From positions 372,001 to 436,000 of the forward strand of contig BCGN01000010.1 of NCBI GenBank assembly GCA_001599295.1: 64,000 nucleotides of DNA, written 5' to 3'. Shown in pieces: positions 47,121-58,815 of this stretch. How positions within the stretch are numbered: the first letter of the stretch is position 1; each line of letters starts with the position of its first letter. The DNA comes from Sporopachydermia quercuum (taxonomy: Eukaryota). The notes beneath the pieces are model-generated. The model saw nothing but the letters and a program-made list of their open reading frames with translations. It had not been told where the DNA came from and did no database searches. Both the position numbers and the translations under genes were made by a program.

Positions 47121-47832
47121 ATGATACGAGCTACCGTGCCTGTATCTACAAGCTGTTTTATTAAACATGGAGAACCAATAATCCATCAGAGAATATATTC
47201 TTACTGTAGGTTATACTCAACTAAGAAAGCGAAGAAACGCAGAAATACGAAATCAGATAGCAATAATAACGAGGAAATTCTTACAAAGCAATATACAACA
47301 CAATGGGTAAAAGGAAATGAAGTAATGGATAGAAAATCACGTTTTATAGGATGGGCTATAAGAATAACATCAGAGGCTGATGTGGAGAAAAGGATAAGAG
47401 AACTGCAAACAGAGGATAAAGAAGTTCAACATGCATCCCATACAATTTATGCTTGGAGAATAAAGCAGAACATGATGAATCCTGATCCTGATGCTGATAT
47501 CNTACAAGGCTTTAATAATGGAGGTGAAAGCCCTGGTGGTTATAGAATGCTTGTAATGCTAGAGGTAAGTTTTACATATTTGTACCAATGGGGTGCTTTA
47601 AACACCTCTGAAGCACATGCTTTTCTCTTTCTTTTCCTTTTTCTTTCCTTTTTCCTCTTATCAGCTCTTCTAACTATGCGGTATTCAGAGATCGAAACTG
47701 TATAATATTCTTGTCGTCGTCAATAGATGGTACGGAGGAACTCATTTAGGGTCGGATAGATTCAGACATATAAGTGTATGCGCCAGAGTCGCATTAAACG
47801 CTCTAGAAGAATACGAAGAACTGAAAAGTTAA
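47121..47832 (+). CDS. IMPACT/UPF0029 (YigZ-like) single-domain protein, YDL177C-like, 195 aa; 2 exons (47121-47564, 47689-47832)
   Basis: DRKSRFIG, ASHTIYAWR, GGESPGG.RM, and after splicing NILVVVNRWYGGTHLGSDRFRHI. Intron 47565-47688 has GTAAGT/TTCTAAC/CAG. Confidence 0.88.
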
Positions 47833-47957
47833 CCTACAGTTTCACAACAAATACTTATCTTAATATTAATCTATTTCTAAAACAACAATGGTTAATATAA
47901 ATCTGAATCTATTCAAAACTAACTCATGGATAAGTAATAATATTGCTCTCACAAGTT

Positions 47958-49553
47958 CTACACCTGGATGTACTTATAAGGATTCAAAATACCATTCTTG
48001 TCAAAAGTGTTCTTCAAAGTTTTCATTATATTAATAGAAACTTGGTCCTTGCTATAACCAATGTATTTTCTCTTTTGGAAACCTAATCCATGCTCAGCGG
48101 AAATAGATCCCTTCTTTTCTTTAATCCATTCATAAACAAAAGGTTCCAACAACTTCTCAACATTCGCATCATAACGTCTTAAACAAACGTTTAAATGCAA
48201 ATTTCCATCACCAACATGTCCATATCCAATAACATCAACAACAGGAAACTCTTCGGAATCACCTAGGACACCACCACTCTTTAATCTTTCTTTGGTATCA
48301 ACAACTAATTGATACAAATCNGCCAGTGGGATTGAGACATCATACTTGTAAACACCTCCTGCAGCAGTGCTAGCTTCAGATACAAGCTCTCTCCATTTCC
48401 ATAGAGTGTTCAACTGAGCCTCATCTTGAGCAACAACACCATCAGTGACAGTTTCATTTGTAAGAACATTTTCCAAGAAGGATTCTAGCTTAGCATCATC
48501 ATGTTCTTTGTTTGAACCACTTGTTTCAATCAAAACATAGAAAGGATGTTCACCAACAGGCAAATCTTGAGACATATGCTGAGCTGTGATAGCTTGACTT
48601 CCATAGTCCATGAATTCGAAAGCAGATAAAACTTCTCCCAATTCATCCTTGGCTTGAATGAAAGCCTTTTGAACGTTTTCGTATGATTCTACACCTAAAA
48701 AGGCAACATTGAAAGCCTTTGGTCGTTTAGGACATAAAATAGAAACACCAGTAATGATGCCTAAGGTTCCTTCAGAACCAATGAACAATTGTTTCAAGTC
48801 ATACCCAGTATTATCCTTTCTTAATTTGCTCAACTGCTCAATAACAGTTCCGTCAGGTAAAACAATTTCTAAACCTAGCACCGAACCATGTAAGGACCCG
48901 TATCTAAGTAATCTTAACCCACCAGCATTAGTAGCAACATTACCTCCAATTTGACATGAGCCTTTGGAACCCAAATCAAGAGGGAAAATATACCCTCTTT
49001 CTGCAAGATAACCATCAGTACTTTCCAAAATGGCACCAGCATCTGCTACCAAAATGCCACTGACATCATCAAACTCTCTGATCTTATTCATAGCCGAAAG
49101 GTTTACAACAACTTCATCAAATACAGGAATAGAGCCTCCAACCAAACCAGTATTACCTCCTTGCGGAACAACTGCAAGTTTTTTTTCGTTGCAGTACTTC
49201 AAGATCTTACTCACTTGTTCAGTGGTTCTAGGTTTCAGCACTAGAGAAGACTGTCCTTTATATTTTCTCATCCAATCTTCATTATATGCATCTAACTCAT
49301 CTTGAATAACAGCCGATTCAGGCAAAAATGATTTAAAGTACTCCACATCTTGAGCTTTCAAAGTAGTAAATCTAGGATCTCTAGTGATGTGGTAGGTATC
49401 CTTAGTTAATGTAACATTTTTGAGAGAATAGCTTCTGGAAAACGCAGTTCTCTCAATGGTCATACCATTTCTCAAAGCTAATCGGCCAACTTGAGAGGTA
49501 GCTGAAAGTCTAGTTATGCCTCTAGTGATTTGTTTCCAGTTAGTAGCTCTCAT
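47958..49553 (-). CDS. DLD2: D-2-hydroxyglutarate-pyruvate transhydrogenase (FAD-linked), mitochondrial
   Basis: [65 protein letters not shown] and an N-terminal presequence. Confidence 0.95.
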   Translation of the reverse strand: MRATNWKQITRGITRLSATSQVGRLALRNGMTIERTAFSRSYSLKNVTLTKDTYHITRDPRFTTLKAQDVEYFKSFLPESAVIQDELDAYNEDWMRKYKGQSSLVLKPRTTEQVSKILKYCNEKKLAVVPQGGNTGLVGGSIPVFDEVVVNLSAMNKIREFDDVSGILVADAGAILESTDGYLAERGYIFPLDLGSKGSCQIGGNVATNAGGLRLLRYGSLHGSVLGLEIVLPDGTVIEQLSKLRKDNTGYDLKQLFIGSEGTLGIITGVSILCPKRPKAFNVAFLGVESYENVQKAFIQAKDELGEVLSAFEFMDYGSQAITAQHMSQDLPVGEHPFYVLIETSGSNKEHDDAKLESFLENVLTNETVTDGVVAQDEAQLNTLWKWRELVSEASTAAGGVYKYDVSIPLXDLYQLVVDTKERLKSGGVLGDSEEFPVVDVIGYGHVGDGNLHLNVCLRRYDANVEKLLEPFVYEWIKEKKGSISAEHGLGFQKRKYIGYSKDQVSINIMKTLKNTFDKNGILNPYKYIQV

Positions 49554-50240
49554 CTTGAATTATCGATGAGGAATCAATGAATAAGCTAGTAATGCCTTAT
49601 TGCTATCCAAAGAGAAGACCCAGCGTGTACTCTATAGTCTTCTCCAGAACAGACCCAAGAGTTATAAGAAGAGTATATACTGAATTCTCCGGAAAATAAC
49701 AAGATTTGAACTCGGTGAGTGTCTTCCTATTTAGGTGATACACTCATTCAGCTCTTCTTGTGTTGATAGCCGCTCATGTCTGTAAATTTTGTTTAGGAAT
49801 AAAATTTTCCAAAGCACGGGATCGAAGATGGATGTAATCACAGCTCACGTGATATTTGGGGAATATCTCCTGAAAGCCTCTCTCAGAGGTGTCGCATGAA
49901 GGGAATATCGGAAATGATAATGAATGAAATTTCTGGTATAGAAAGTGAAGCTTGAATATAATTAGCAGGAATGATTACAGCATAGCTGATTTTTATATCA
50001 TGTATTACAATAGTAATGATACAATAGAATGAATGTTTGATATAGTTAGTAGATTTGGTACAGATGGCTTATTTCAATAGTGGAGACTGGAGTAGCCTGA
50101 CCTCCGTTATATCTGAGAGAAAGAAATACAAGTCTCGTCTTACCCTACNGATACATTGATGTGAAAACGTCTATAATGGACTAATATACATATAATAATT
50201 TAACTGATGAGGTCACAGTATCTCTCACTTATCTCATCAT

Positions 50241-51305
50241 TCATCGCCTTCGTTTAGAGTAAGAAGGCTTGCTTGAAGAATGACCATAGTCATTCGTTAA
50301 CACTCTCCTCTTATTCTTATGCATATAATCCCTCTCGTCTATCTCTCTTTTCCGCTTCTTATAAGAATCATTCTCTTGACTTCTATATGAACTTCCAGTG
50401 CTATTATAGTGCCTGGTGTGATAATCATTATAATGAGAATCAGAATAGAACTGATCTCCAAGAGGAGGCCTCGATCGTCTATCCTCTTTGTTATTTTTAT
50501 AATGCGATGACTTTTTGAACTTTCTGAAATAATGGGGGATTAAAGATTTTGGAAGGTTTTCTCCTGTGAATGCTGAACCATTGATATTTGGAGTTCGTGA
50601 CGATCTTCTTTCCAAGCATTCGTCACCATAATGTCCTTGTTCACCACAGTTGTAGCAGAATATGAACTGGGGCATCTGAATGTCACCAGGCCTCTTATTA
50701 ATGTAACTTCTCCAAATAGTCCAACAATTAGCGTCGGTATGCTGCCTTGATTGACATATCGAACAATAGATTACTTTAGATTTCTTAGGACATTTGGCTC
50801 TGAAGTGACCAAACTCTCCACAGTTGACACATTTGATGGATTTAGGGCACTGATCAGCATAATGGTCTTCTATCATTCCACATAAATGACACATCACTAC
50901 TTTGCAATTTGCTTGTTTATGTCCTCTTCTATGACAATTAGAGCAAATAGGTTCATTATCATCGTCAGTATTTCCAAAATACCTTCCTTGGCCTCTCATT
51001 TCAACATATTCATTGAAATTATCGTGGACATCTTCAATAGCAGGTGCACTTAGCTTCCCTGAGTGATCACCCCTTTCAGCATCTCTTTTCTCTCTTTGTT
51101 TCTGTCTTTTCTTCATTCGATCTAATAGGGTTGATCTATCATTTTCCAGTTCTGAATCACTGGAGTGTTCATCGTCGTCAGACGCTGTAGAGTTTGCGGC
51201 ATTTCCATTTATACTAATATTTGATTCATTATCATGGCTGGATATATGAATAGTACCCAAACTTTCACTCNCATCTTCTCTAGCTCGTTTCCTACTCTTT
51301 GCCAT
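50241..51305 (-). CDS. AIR1: TRAMP complex zinc-knuckle protein Air1/Air2
   Basis: RGQGRYFG, five CCHC knuckles, the IWRSY motif and SAF.G.N. Confidence 0.92.
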   Translation of the reverse strand: MAKSRKRAREDXSESLGTIHISSHDNESNISINGNAANSTASDDDEHSSDSELENDRSTLLDRMKKRQKQREKRDAERGDHSGKLSAPAIEDVHDNFNEYVEMRGQGRYFGNTDDDNEPICSNCHRRGHKQANCKVVMCHLCGMIEDHYADQCPKSIKCVNCGEFGHFRAKCPKKSKVIYCSICQSRQHTDANCWTIWRSYINKRPGDIQMPQFIFCYNCGEQGHYGDECLERRSSRTPNINGSAFTGENLPKSLIPHYFRKFKKSSHYKNNKEDRRSRPPLGDQFYSDSHYNDYHTRHYNSTGSSYRSQENDSYKKRKREIDERDYMHKNKRRVLTNDYGHSSSKPSYSKRRR

Positions 51306-51805
51306 TATTCTGATGCTCTTGTGGTTGTGAACCCTTCAACTAATGAACTAACACTCCAAACAACTGCACTAGCTCCCGCCAACTTCAAAATATTCAGGTA
51401 ACTCCTTTTACCACACCTTCATTTAGCAACTGAGATACTAATGTACTACACTTAACCATGTATGTTATGCAATTAAATTACTCTCATAATCATTCCAATA
51501 TGTTGATATTTCATTGATATCTCAGTTNGAAAGCCCTTCACCATGCAAATAATATTTTTTTGTTTTTCTATCCGTTATCTGCCTCACCTGCGGGAAACTG
51601 CTAAGTCCTTTATATACGCTAAATTACATACNTAGCGTATATTTCAGAATTGAGCATTTACTCCCAAGAATTCCAATTAAACCTCTGGCACATCCAAAAA
51701 AAGTCCCTTGTGTGCCATAGAGCTCCTTTTAACCCCCGGCCACTATCATTTTTCACACAGGATCTCAAAACTGCAACACTAAGGGTAGCACACAACATGC
51801 CACAA

Positions 51806-51812
51806 TGAGTCA
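51806..51812. promoter_or_regulatory. Gcn4-type site (A)TGAGTCA(C) upstream of THS1
   Basis: Exact TGASTCA ~245 bp upstream of an aminoacyl-tRNA synthetase gene, followed by TATAAAA at ~51874. Confidence 0.6.
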
Positions 51813-52053
51813 CAGGCGTCCCATAACCCAACCATGTCACGTCACAACAGAAAATTCATACCCCGTTAACTGTATAAAAAAATTAGGAAAATCATCGAAC
51901 TACAAAGAGACTCCATTGATTGATCTCTAATCTGTGAGTTATAATACAATTACAAGAGTGATTCTTGTTGTAACATCTAATACTTACTAAGTTGGCTCAA
52001 TACTATTAAAATAGACGCTTTTGTATGAAGAATTGACAATTCAAGCGATCAAA

Positions 52054-54273
52054 ATGTCATCAGAATTAGCCGAGAAAGTAGCCAACGTGTCTATTGACGA
52101 CCAGCAGACTGCAACTCCAGCACAGCAACCAGCAGCTAGCGGGGTAAAGAAGCAATCAAAGAAGAATAAAAAGGTTGTTGAAACTTCAACTGGCCCTTTA
52201 TATTTAGAACCCCAACCCGAATTCATCGATTATAGAATTCAATTGTTTGACGAGCTGAAAAAGCAGTACGACGAGGAAATAGCCAGCAAGGAGAGAGTTC
52301 CTATCACTATTACACTACCGGATGGAAATACCAAGGAAGGAACCTCATGGGAAACAACTCCAGCTATAATCGCTCAATCTATTGGCAAATCTTTCTTTGA
52401 AAGACAAGTTATCAGCATGGTTGATGGTGAAACGCTATGGGATTTGGAAAGACCTTTAGAAAAGTCGGTTAGCTTGAAATTCTTCGATTTTGAAAGTCCT
52501 GAAGGTAAGAGAGTCTTTTGGCATTCATCTGCTCACGTTTTAGGTGAAGCTACTGAATTACACTATGGTTGCCATTTATGTATTGGTCCTCCAACTGACG
52601 ACGGATTCTTCTATGAAATGAGCATTAATGATGGTGAATCTGTTGTCAGTAACACTGATTTCCCAAGCTTAGAAACTGTTGCTAAGAACGCTATCAAACA
52701 AAAGCAAAAATTCGATCGTCTTGTTGTTTCCAAGGAAAACTTATTGAAAATGTTCAAGCATAACAAATACAAGCAACAAATCATTCAATCAAAGATTCCT
52801 GATGGTACATCCACTACTGTGTATAGATGTGGTCCATTAATTGATTTGTGTGTTGGTCCCCACGTTCCAAACACTGGAAGAATTAAGGCTTTCAAGCTGC
52901 TTAAGAATTCGGCTTCTTATTTCCTAGGTGATTCAAAGAACGATTCCTTACAAAGAATTTATGGTGTTTCTTTCCCTGATAAGAAACTTATGGATGAACA
53001 TTTGAAGTTCTTAAAAGAGGCTTCAGAAAGAGATCATCGTAAGATTGGTAGAGAACAAGAATTATTCCTTTTCAACGAAATGTCTCCTGGTTCTGCTTTC
53101 TGGTTGCCTCATGGAACAAGAATTTATAATTCTTTAACTGATTTGTTAAGAAACGAATATCGTAAGCGTGGTTACCAAGAAGTTATTACACCTAACATGT
53201 ATAACTCCAAGCTTTGGGAAACTTCTGGACACTGGGGTAATTATAAAGACAATATGTTCACATTTGAGGTTGAAAAGGAGTCCTATGGTTTGAAACCAAT
53301 GAACTGTCCTGGGCACTGTTTGATCTTCAAATCTAGAGATAGAAGTTATAGAGAATTGCCCTGGAGAGTTGCTGATTTCGGTGTTATTCATCGTAATGAA
53401 TTTAGCGGAGCTCTATCTGGGTTGACTCGTGTTCGAAGATTTCAACAGGATGATGCCCATATTTTCTGTATGCAAGATCAAATTTTAGACGAAATCAGAG
53501 GCATTTTTGATTTCTTGAAATTTGTCTATGGTATTTTTGGTTTCAAATTCAAGATGGAGCTATCTACACGTCCTGATAAGTATGTTGGTGAACTGGAAAC
53601 ATGGAATCACGCTGAAGATGTCTTAGCTCAAGCTTTGAAGGAATGGGGTGGAGACTGGGAAATGAATCCTGGTGATGGTGCATTCTACGGGCCTAAGATT
53701 GATATTATGATTTCTGATGCCCTTAGACGTTGGCATCAATGCGCTACTGTGCAATTGGATTTCCAATTGCCTCAAAGATTTGATCTTTCTTACAGGTCAA
53801 AGGAAGTTGAAGCGGGCAACAGCGAAGAAGATACCGGTACTTATAACAGACCTGTTATGATTCATCGTGCTATTTTGGGATCAGTTGAAAGAATGACTGC
53901 TATTTTGGCTGAACACTTTGCTGGTAAATGGCCATTCTGGTTATCACCTAGACAAGTTCTTGTTGTTCCAGTTGGTGTCAAATACTTTGACTATGCTCAA
54001 AGCGTCCAAAAGAAGCTTTGGGATGCTAACTTCTATGCTGATGTTGATTTGAGTGGTAACACTTTACAGAAGAAGGTCAGAACCGGTCAAATGCAAAGAT
54101 ATAACTTTATTTTCATTGTCGGTGAAGAAGAACAGTCCAATGAATCTGTTAATGTTAGAAGCAGAGATGGTCAAGTTAAAGATAGAAATGATAATATGCT
54201 CAAGCTTGATGAGGTTATTATCAAGTTGAATGAATTGAAGGAGTCTAAAACTACTGAGAATGCTGTTTTATGA
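52054..54273 (+). CDS. THS1: Cytoplasmic threonyl-tRNA synthetase
   Basis: TGS domain, [50 protein letters not shown]. First in-frame ATG at 52054. Confidence 0.98.
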   Translation: MSSELAEKVANVSIDDQQTATPAQQPAASGVKKQSKKNKKVVETSTGPLYLEPQPEFIDYRIQLFDELKKQYDEEIASKERVPITITLPDGNTKEGTSWETTPAIIAQSIGKSFFERQVISMVDGETLWDLERPLEKSVSLKFFDFESPEGKRVFWHSSAHVLGEATELHYGCHLCIGPPTDDGFFYEMSINDGESVVSNTDFPSLETVAKNAIKQKQKFDRLVVSKENLLKMFKHNKYKQQIIQSKIPDGTSTTVYRCGPLIDLCVGPHVPNTGRIKAFKLLKNSASYFLGDSKNDSLQRIYGVSFPDKKLMDEHLKFLKEASERDHRKIGREQELFLFNEMSPGSAFWLPHGTRIYNSLTDLLRNEYRKRGYQEVITPNMYNSKLWETSGHWGNYKDNMFTFEVEKESYGLKPMNCPGHCLIFKSRDRSYRELPWRVADFGVIHRNEFSGALSGLTRVRRFQQDDAHIFCMQDQILDEIRGIFDFLKFVYGIFGFKFKMELSTRPDKYVGELETWNHAEDVLAQALKEWGGDWEMNPGDGAFYGPKIDIMISDALRRWHQCATVQLDFQLPQRFDLSYRSKEVEAGNSEEDTGTYNRPVMIHRAILGSVERMTAILAEHFAGKWPFWLSPRQVLVVPVGVKYFDYAQSVQKKLWDANFYADVDLSGNTLQKKVRTGQMQRYNFIFIVGEEEQSNESVNVRSRDGQVKDRNDNMLKLDEVIIKLNELKESKTTENAVL

Positions 54274-54876
54274 ACAATGGTAGTATAGTATTGAATCAAT
54301 GAATTATTATTATGATAATGATGATGAAGGTGATGGTAGACTGATAGATTATGTATTTGATAGTGTTTTGTTGTAGAGTAGGATTAGTTTATACATTTTT
54401 ACTTGGGGTGTTTTGGATATCTTTTTTTTAGTATTGATACTGAATAAATACCTAATTTGTCAGATTATTGTAAATAGTGATTACTGACTAGATTGTAGAN
54501 TACGTATTATATGTGTTAGGTATTATACTATGCTGTTTATTATATTCTAACGTTGAATATGATCAAACAAGTGTTGGTATCTAGCCAGTAGTTGAAACTA
54601 AGGACATGATTATGAGATTTATAGTATATTCCTTAGTATAGATTATATTAAACATGGACAATGTAGTTTAATGGATCTACAATAAGACCTTCTATACATA
54701 GATTATGATCCTACATAACAAATATATACATTGACAGTAACCCTAAGTGTTTTCCCAGATTTTATGAAGTATACCATGAACAACAGAAATGATTCTCTAA
54801 AATAAGCTTCCAAATACTATATACATGATCAATCATTATATTATCAAATCATTGTTCAAATCTGAAAGATGTTGCT

Positions 54877-55731
54877 TCATTTGTGATCACTCGAATCCTC
54901 AACAGTCGATTGGCTATCATACCAGCTACTATCACTTCTTTCTCCACTTGTCGTATCATTGTTCGTTTGTCCATCTCCTTGCGTCCGTATCCTTTGCCAA
55001 GAAGAACCACNACTAGCATTATATCTACCAGCACCTGCAACTGCAGTTACACCATGTTCCTTCCTAACGCGATCCCAAGCGCTGCCATAGATAGCTGGTA
55101 ACTCTTTGGTACTTGCTCCAGCAACAGGAGCACCTGACAGAATACCAGAATCGAGATCTCCTGTACTAGGATTTTCACTAGCAGTTGCTGCAGTTGCTCC
55201 TGTAGAAGATGGTGGGACAGGCTTCTTTAATCCAAGAGGATCAGAGCTATGGAGTATTGAAGTACGCTTATAATTGTCTTTGATTCTTGGATCACGAAGA
55301 ATATTATCAGGATCTCGAACTGTAGCATGATAGTAACCATACATCATCGGCATTCTACTAGCAGGAACTAAATCAGTGACTCGTTTCAATTTATAAGAAT
55401 GTTCTGTTCTCTTAGAGACCCATTGATGGGTTAGATTTGTACCAACTATTCCCCCAATCATCATTCCTGGTATACCATATAGAACAGTTTTACCAAATCC
55501 AAAACCTCTGGTTGTTCTATGTTGGAGATAATGACGGACTAGTGGATAAGAGCCAGTCAAAAGTCCACCAAACCATCCTATGAAATTCATTCTTAATATA
55601 GATTGTTTATAGATATCTCTAAGCTCCTGTCTTTCGCTTGGTGTAAGATCTTTATCAGCCTCATAAAACTGTACGAGATCATTCATGACCTCTGGGGGTA
55701 CTTGATAGGATGCATTGGTATTGTCACTCAT
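54877..55731 (-). CDS. Putative mitochondrial membrane protein, YIL077C-like (DUF1689-type)
   Basis: N-terminal V.FYEAD..L...ER..L pattern, two transmembrane-like segments, YY..T..DP....DPR and SAWDRVR. Its position between THS1 and SEC28 matches S. cerevisiae YIL077C. Confidence 0.7.
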   Translation of the reverse strand: MSDNTNASYQVPPEVMNDLVQFYEADKDLTPSERQELRDIYKQSILRMNFIGWFGGLLTGSYPLVRHYLQHRTTRGFGFGKTVLYGIPGMMIGGIVGTNLTHQWVSKRTEHSYKLKRVTDLVPASRMPMMYGYYHATVRDPDNILRDPRIKDNYKRTSILHSSDPLGLKKPVPPSSTGATAATASENPSTGDLDSGILSGAPVAGASTKELPAIYGSAWDRVRKEHGVTAVAGAGRYNASXGSSWQRIRTQGDGQTNNDTTSGERSDSSWYDSQSTVEDSSDHK

Positions 55732-56481
55732 GATGCGATGGAGTATACTAGNCTATGATGAAGTAAATACTAGTTTTAGTATGAACAATGTAGAAGGAAT
55801 ATTTAAGATGACTAAGAGACGGTTAACGTATGTAAATTGGCTATATTTATAAGCAAATGGGGTACCAGAAATGCATATTTCCTGATTCTCAGTATACACA
55901 ATAGAGTGATAGTGACAATTGATAATAGCTCTAGTAGTTGGTATAAACGGGGTACAAAATGATGATGATATCAGTAGATTCAATGAGCTAGGAAGATGCC
56001 CCGTGAAATGGGACGAAGTAGGTTTTCTGCTAGATTTGGTAAGAATGCTCTAGAAATGATGATAGCCTTATAGAAANGAACTGACTATGAATTGTCTAGA
56101 GGGATGAAATATGCTTCTGAGACAATTATCCGATTATTTTGATAGGAAATAGGACATTTCTGCTGAATGAATATATTGCCGGATGATTCATCAAATACTC
56201 CGTAGAACGCTCAGGGCGCGGGATATTAGATATGAATGTCCTATCTGTTGAAGCCACAGATCATTGTCTTGGACATTCTAAGTCACATGACGTACTATGT
56301 ATCGAACCGGACACTTCATTTTCCAGCGTTTGACGTGGAACTTGTTGCTTGTCTCGCAATGATTTACAATACTATCTATGTCTTGAAAGCAAGAATGATA
56401 TGTCTGCTTTCACTCAATTATTAAATAACATACTTAACAGGGTTATTTATAATCAATTAACAATACCACCAAACAAAGAAA

Positions 56482-57581
56482 ATGGTCATAATGGAGNTGC
56501 ATTCAGGAGGTATGTATTGTGAATTTGAGATTATAAGTGCTATATTGGCTGTCATTAGATAAAAGACTATATCAACAAACCTAGCAACACGATTTACGTG
56601 TTTTTGAAGTATTGTAGGACACGCTAACAAGTATATGAAAATGTAGAACTATATCAAATCAGGCAAGCCTTTTTTGCTGGAAATTACCAAAAAGTTGTGG
56701 AGGAAACTGATTTGAGTGAATACAGTGATGATGCTAAACCTAAGGCAGAAGAATATCTATTGAGAGCAAAGGTTGCATTAGAAGAAGATATTAGTGATGC
56801 TGTTGGGAAAAAGCCAGAAACAGTTCATTTAAAAGTTATCAAGCTCTATGACGAATATATTAATGGCAAAAATAATAAGGAAAAGATAGTAGACGCTATT
56901 GATGCACTAGCCGCTGAGCATCCTGACAATGAAACTGTTGAAGTTTTAGGATCTGTTATTTACGTGAAGGAAGGTAAACTAGCTGAGGCATTGACGCTAT
57001 TGGGACACCATGAAGGTAGTTTGGAAGCGTAAGTTATTTTCCTCACATATCTTGAGTATTTAATCAGGTTTACAGCTTATTAACCTTTACATATATCTAC
57101 TAGTGTTCAATTAAGTGTTCAAATTCACCTGCTACAGAACAGATTAGACTTAGCATTGAAAGAATTAAAGGCAGCTAAGTCATACTCTCAAGATAATATA
57201 ATCTACAATTTGGCAGAAGCCTGGGCCAATTTGCGATATGGTGAACAACAATACTTGCCAGCTTTTTATATTTACGAAGAATTGTCTCAAACTGATTCAT
57301 CTATCAAAGTGTTCAATGGATTAATTGCAGCTACTTTACTACTTGGAAGAATTCCTGAAGCCTCTGAAGTTTTCAATACCGCTTACTCCCTAGAAAAAGA
57401 AGACGGCGATTTGATTGCAAATGGAATTGCTCTGTCAATTCTCAGCGGTAAGGATCCTAAACCCTTCATTTCAAAACTAGGACAAGTGAGCCCCAACCAT
57501 CCTGCTCTAATCAGTATTAATGAGAAGAATGCAGAATTTGATTCAATTGTTAAGACATATAAAGAACAAATCAAACAATGA
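56482..57581 (+). CDS. SEC28: Coatomer epsilon subunit; 3 exons (56482-56509, 56647-57028, 57104-57581)
   Basis: Spliced SG|ELYQIRQAFFAGNY...SLEA|VQLSVQIHLLQNRLDLA...LAEAW...AFYIYEEL...PNHP...EFD. Introns have GTATGT/CGCTAAC/TAG and GTAAGT/TATTAAC/TAG. Confidence 0.9.
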
Positions 57582-57711
57582 ATTTTACAGGTAACACAAT
57601 TGTTAGACATTGTTATAATATATAATATATAATTATTCATTTAAAACATTTGTCTCACCATAGAGCGTATGGTATGTATACAATATAACTGCATGTTGTA
57701 TAACTCGTGGC

Positions 57712-58215
57712 TTAAACTAGTCTGTAGACATAATATTCAACGTTTAGAACACCCTTTTCATTACGAACGAAACGTCCCTTTCCGATCAAATTGTATTTAT
57801 AAACCCATTGTTCAGCTTCAGCTTTAGCATCAATCCTAATAACAGGATTGCAAGTAACGTATCCATCTTCGAAAGACATATCTGAGCCTTGTTTAGATAG
57901 AACAGATAAAATCTTCTCGTTGAATTCAACAACACCAAAATAGCTCAACGAGAATCCGTATCCTTCTTTAGTTTTACCATATAAATGGCAATCAAGATTA
58001 ATTATTCCAGCAGCGTTAGTTGTTAGATCATCTCCTCCATGAGTAATCTCAGCATCAAATGGTGTTTCAGGGTCGAGAGTTTTAGTATAACCACCAGTTA
58101 CAACAACTTGAGTCAAAGATGTTGTAGAATTAGTATACACTGGTACACCTTCTTCGACTTCTAGATGGATAAAAAAAGCAGGCTTTAATGAGACTTTGGC
58201 TTCTGGAATTGACAT
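57712..58215 (-). CDS. DUF3237/UPF0311 family beta-barrel protein
   Basis: L.PAFFIHL, VTGG, GGDDL, LDCHLYGKT.EG..FSLSY.GV, WV...NLIGKGRF, VEYYVYRL. Family recognised from pattern only. Confidence 0.72.
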   Translation of the reverse strand: MSIPEAKVSLKPAFFIHLEVEEGVPVYTNSTTSLTQVVVTGGYTKTLDPETPFDAEITHGGDDLTTNAAGIINLDCHLYGKTKEGYGFSLSYFGVVEFNEKILSVLSKQGSDMSFEDGYVTCNPVIRIDAKAEAEQWVYKYNLIGKGRFVRNEKGVLNVEYYVYRLV

Positions 58216-58770
58216 CTTGGTAATTGGATTGATATTCGTTTATGATAATGTTAATATGATAAGAGTAGATCAAACCCAAAGTATGGAATGAGCAAATATC
58301 TATCAATTGATAAATCTAATCAAATCAACAAATAGATCAAAACTGAGACAATTGATTTAATAGATTCAATGAATAATTTCTTCAATAATTTAAATAGATA
58401 ATAAAACAACAATTCACAACTTCACTCTTCTCTTATTACCGATCCCATGAAGTGGAATAATTTGTCCTCCTTTGATGGTCCCACTTCTTTCTATTTATAC
58501 TTTAACCCCAGAATTACCTGGATGGACAACCTAACGAAACTGCAGGAGAAGAAAGTATTAAAACACCACTTGAATGTGAATTGAATATAAAAAGGGTAAA
58601 TAGTTTATTATCGGTTATCGGATTCAGATGATATAATCAATATAGGATTTGTAATAGGGTTAATTCAAGAAGATTGAAAAAGCTCTGATTGAATAGAAAG
58701 ACCCTTGATATTTGTTAGTTCAAACAGGGGTAGCTGAGATAGTGATTAAGGGTATGTGGGATTACTAAGA

Positions 58771-58815
58771 AAGGTAAGGTAAGGTAAAAGGAATGGTAAT
58801 GTAAGATAAGGTAGG
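58771..58815 (+). repeat. Degenerate (GTAAG)n pentanucleotide repeat
   Basis: aaggtaaggtaaggtaaaaggaatggtaatgtaagataaggtagg. Confidence 0.55.

Noticed and set aside
50560..50950. Retrotransposon Gag nucleocapsid (CCHC knuckles)
   Set aside because: Five knuckles plus GRYFG and IWRSY motifs and the synteny identify Air1/2. No pol or LTR sequences are nearby.
52021..52053. TTG-initiated N-terminal extension of THS1 as a mitochondrial presequence
   Set aside because: Only 11 residues, acidic, and not presequence-like.
58722..58765. TPP riboswitch-like GGGGT.GCTGAGA (similar CTGAGA...TGAAC at ~6649)
   Set aside because: The downstream GATC...TAAT..CAGCG core is missing, and neither site lies in an intron of a thiamine gene.
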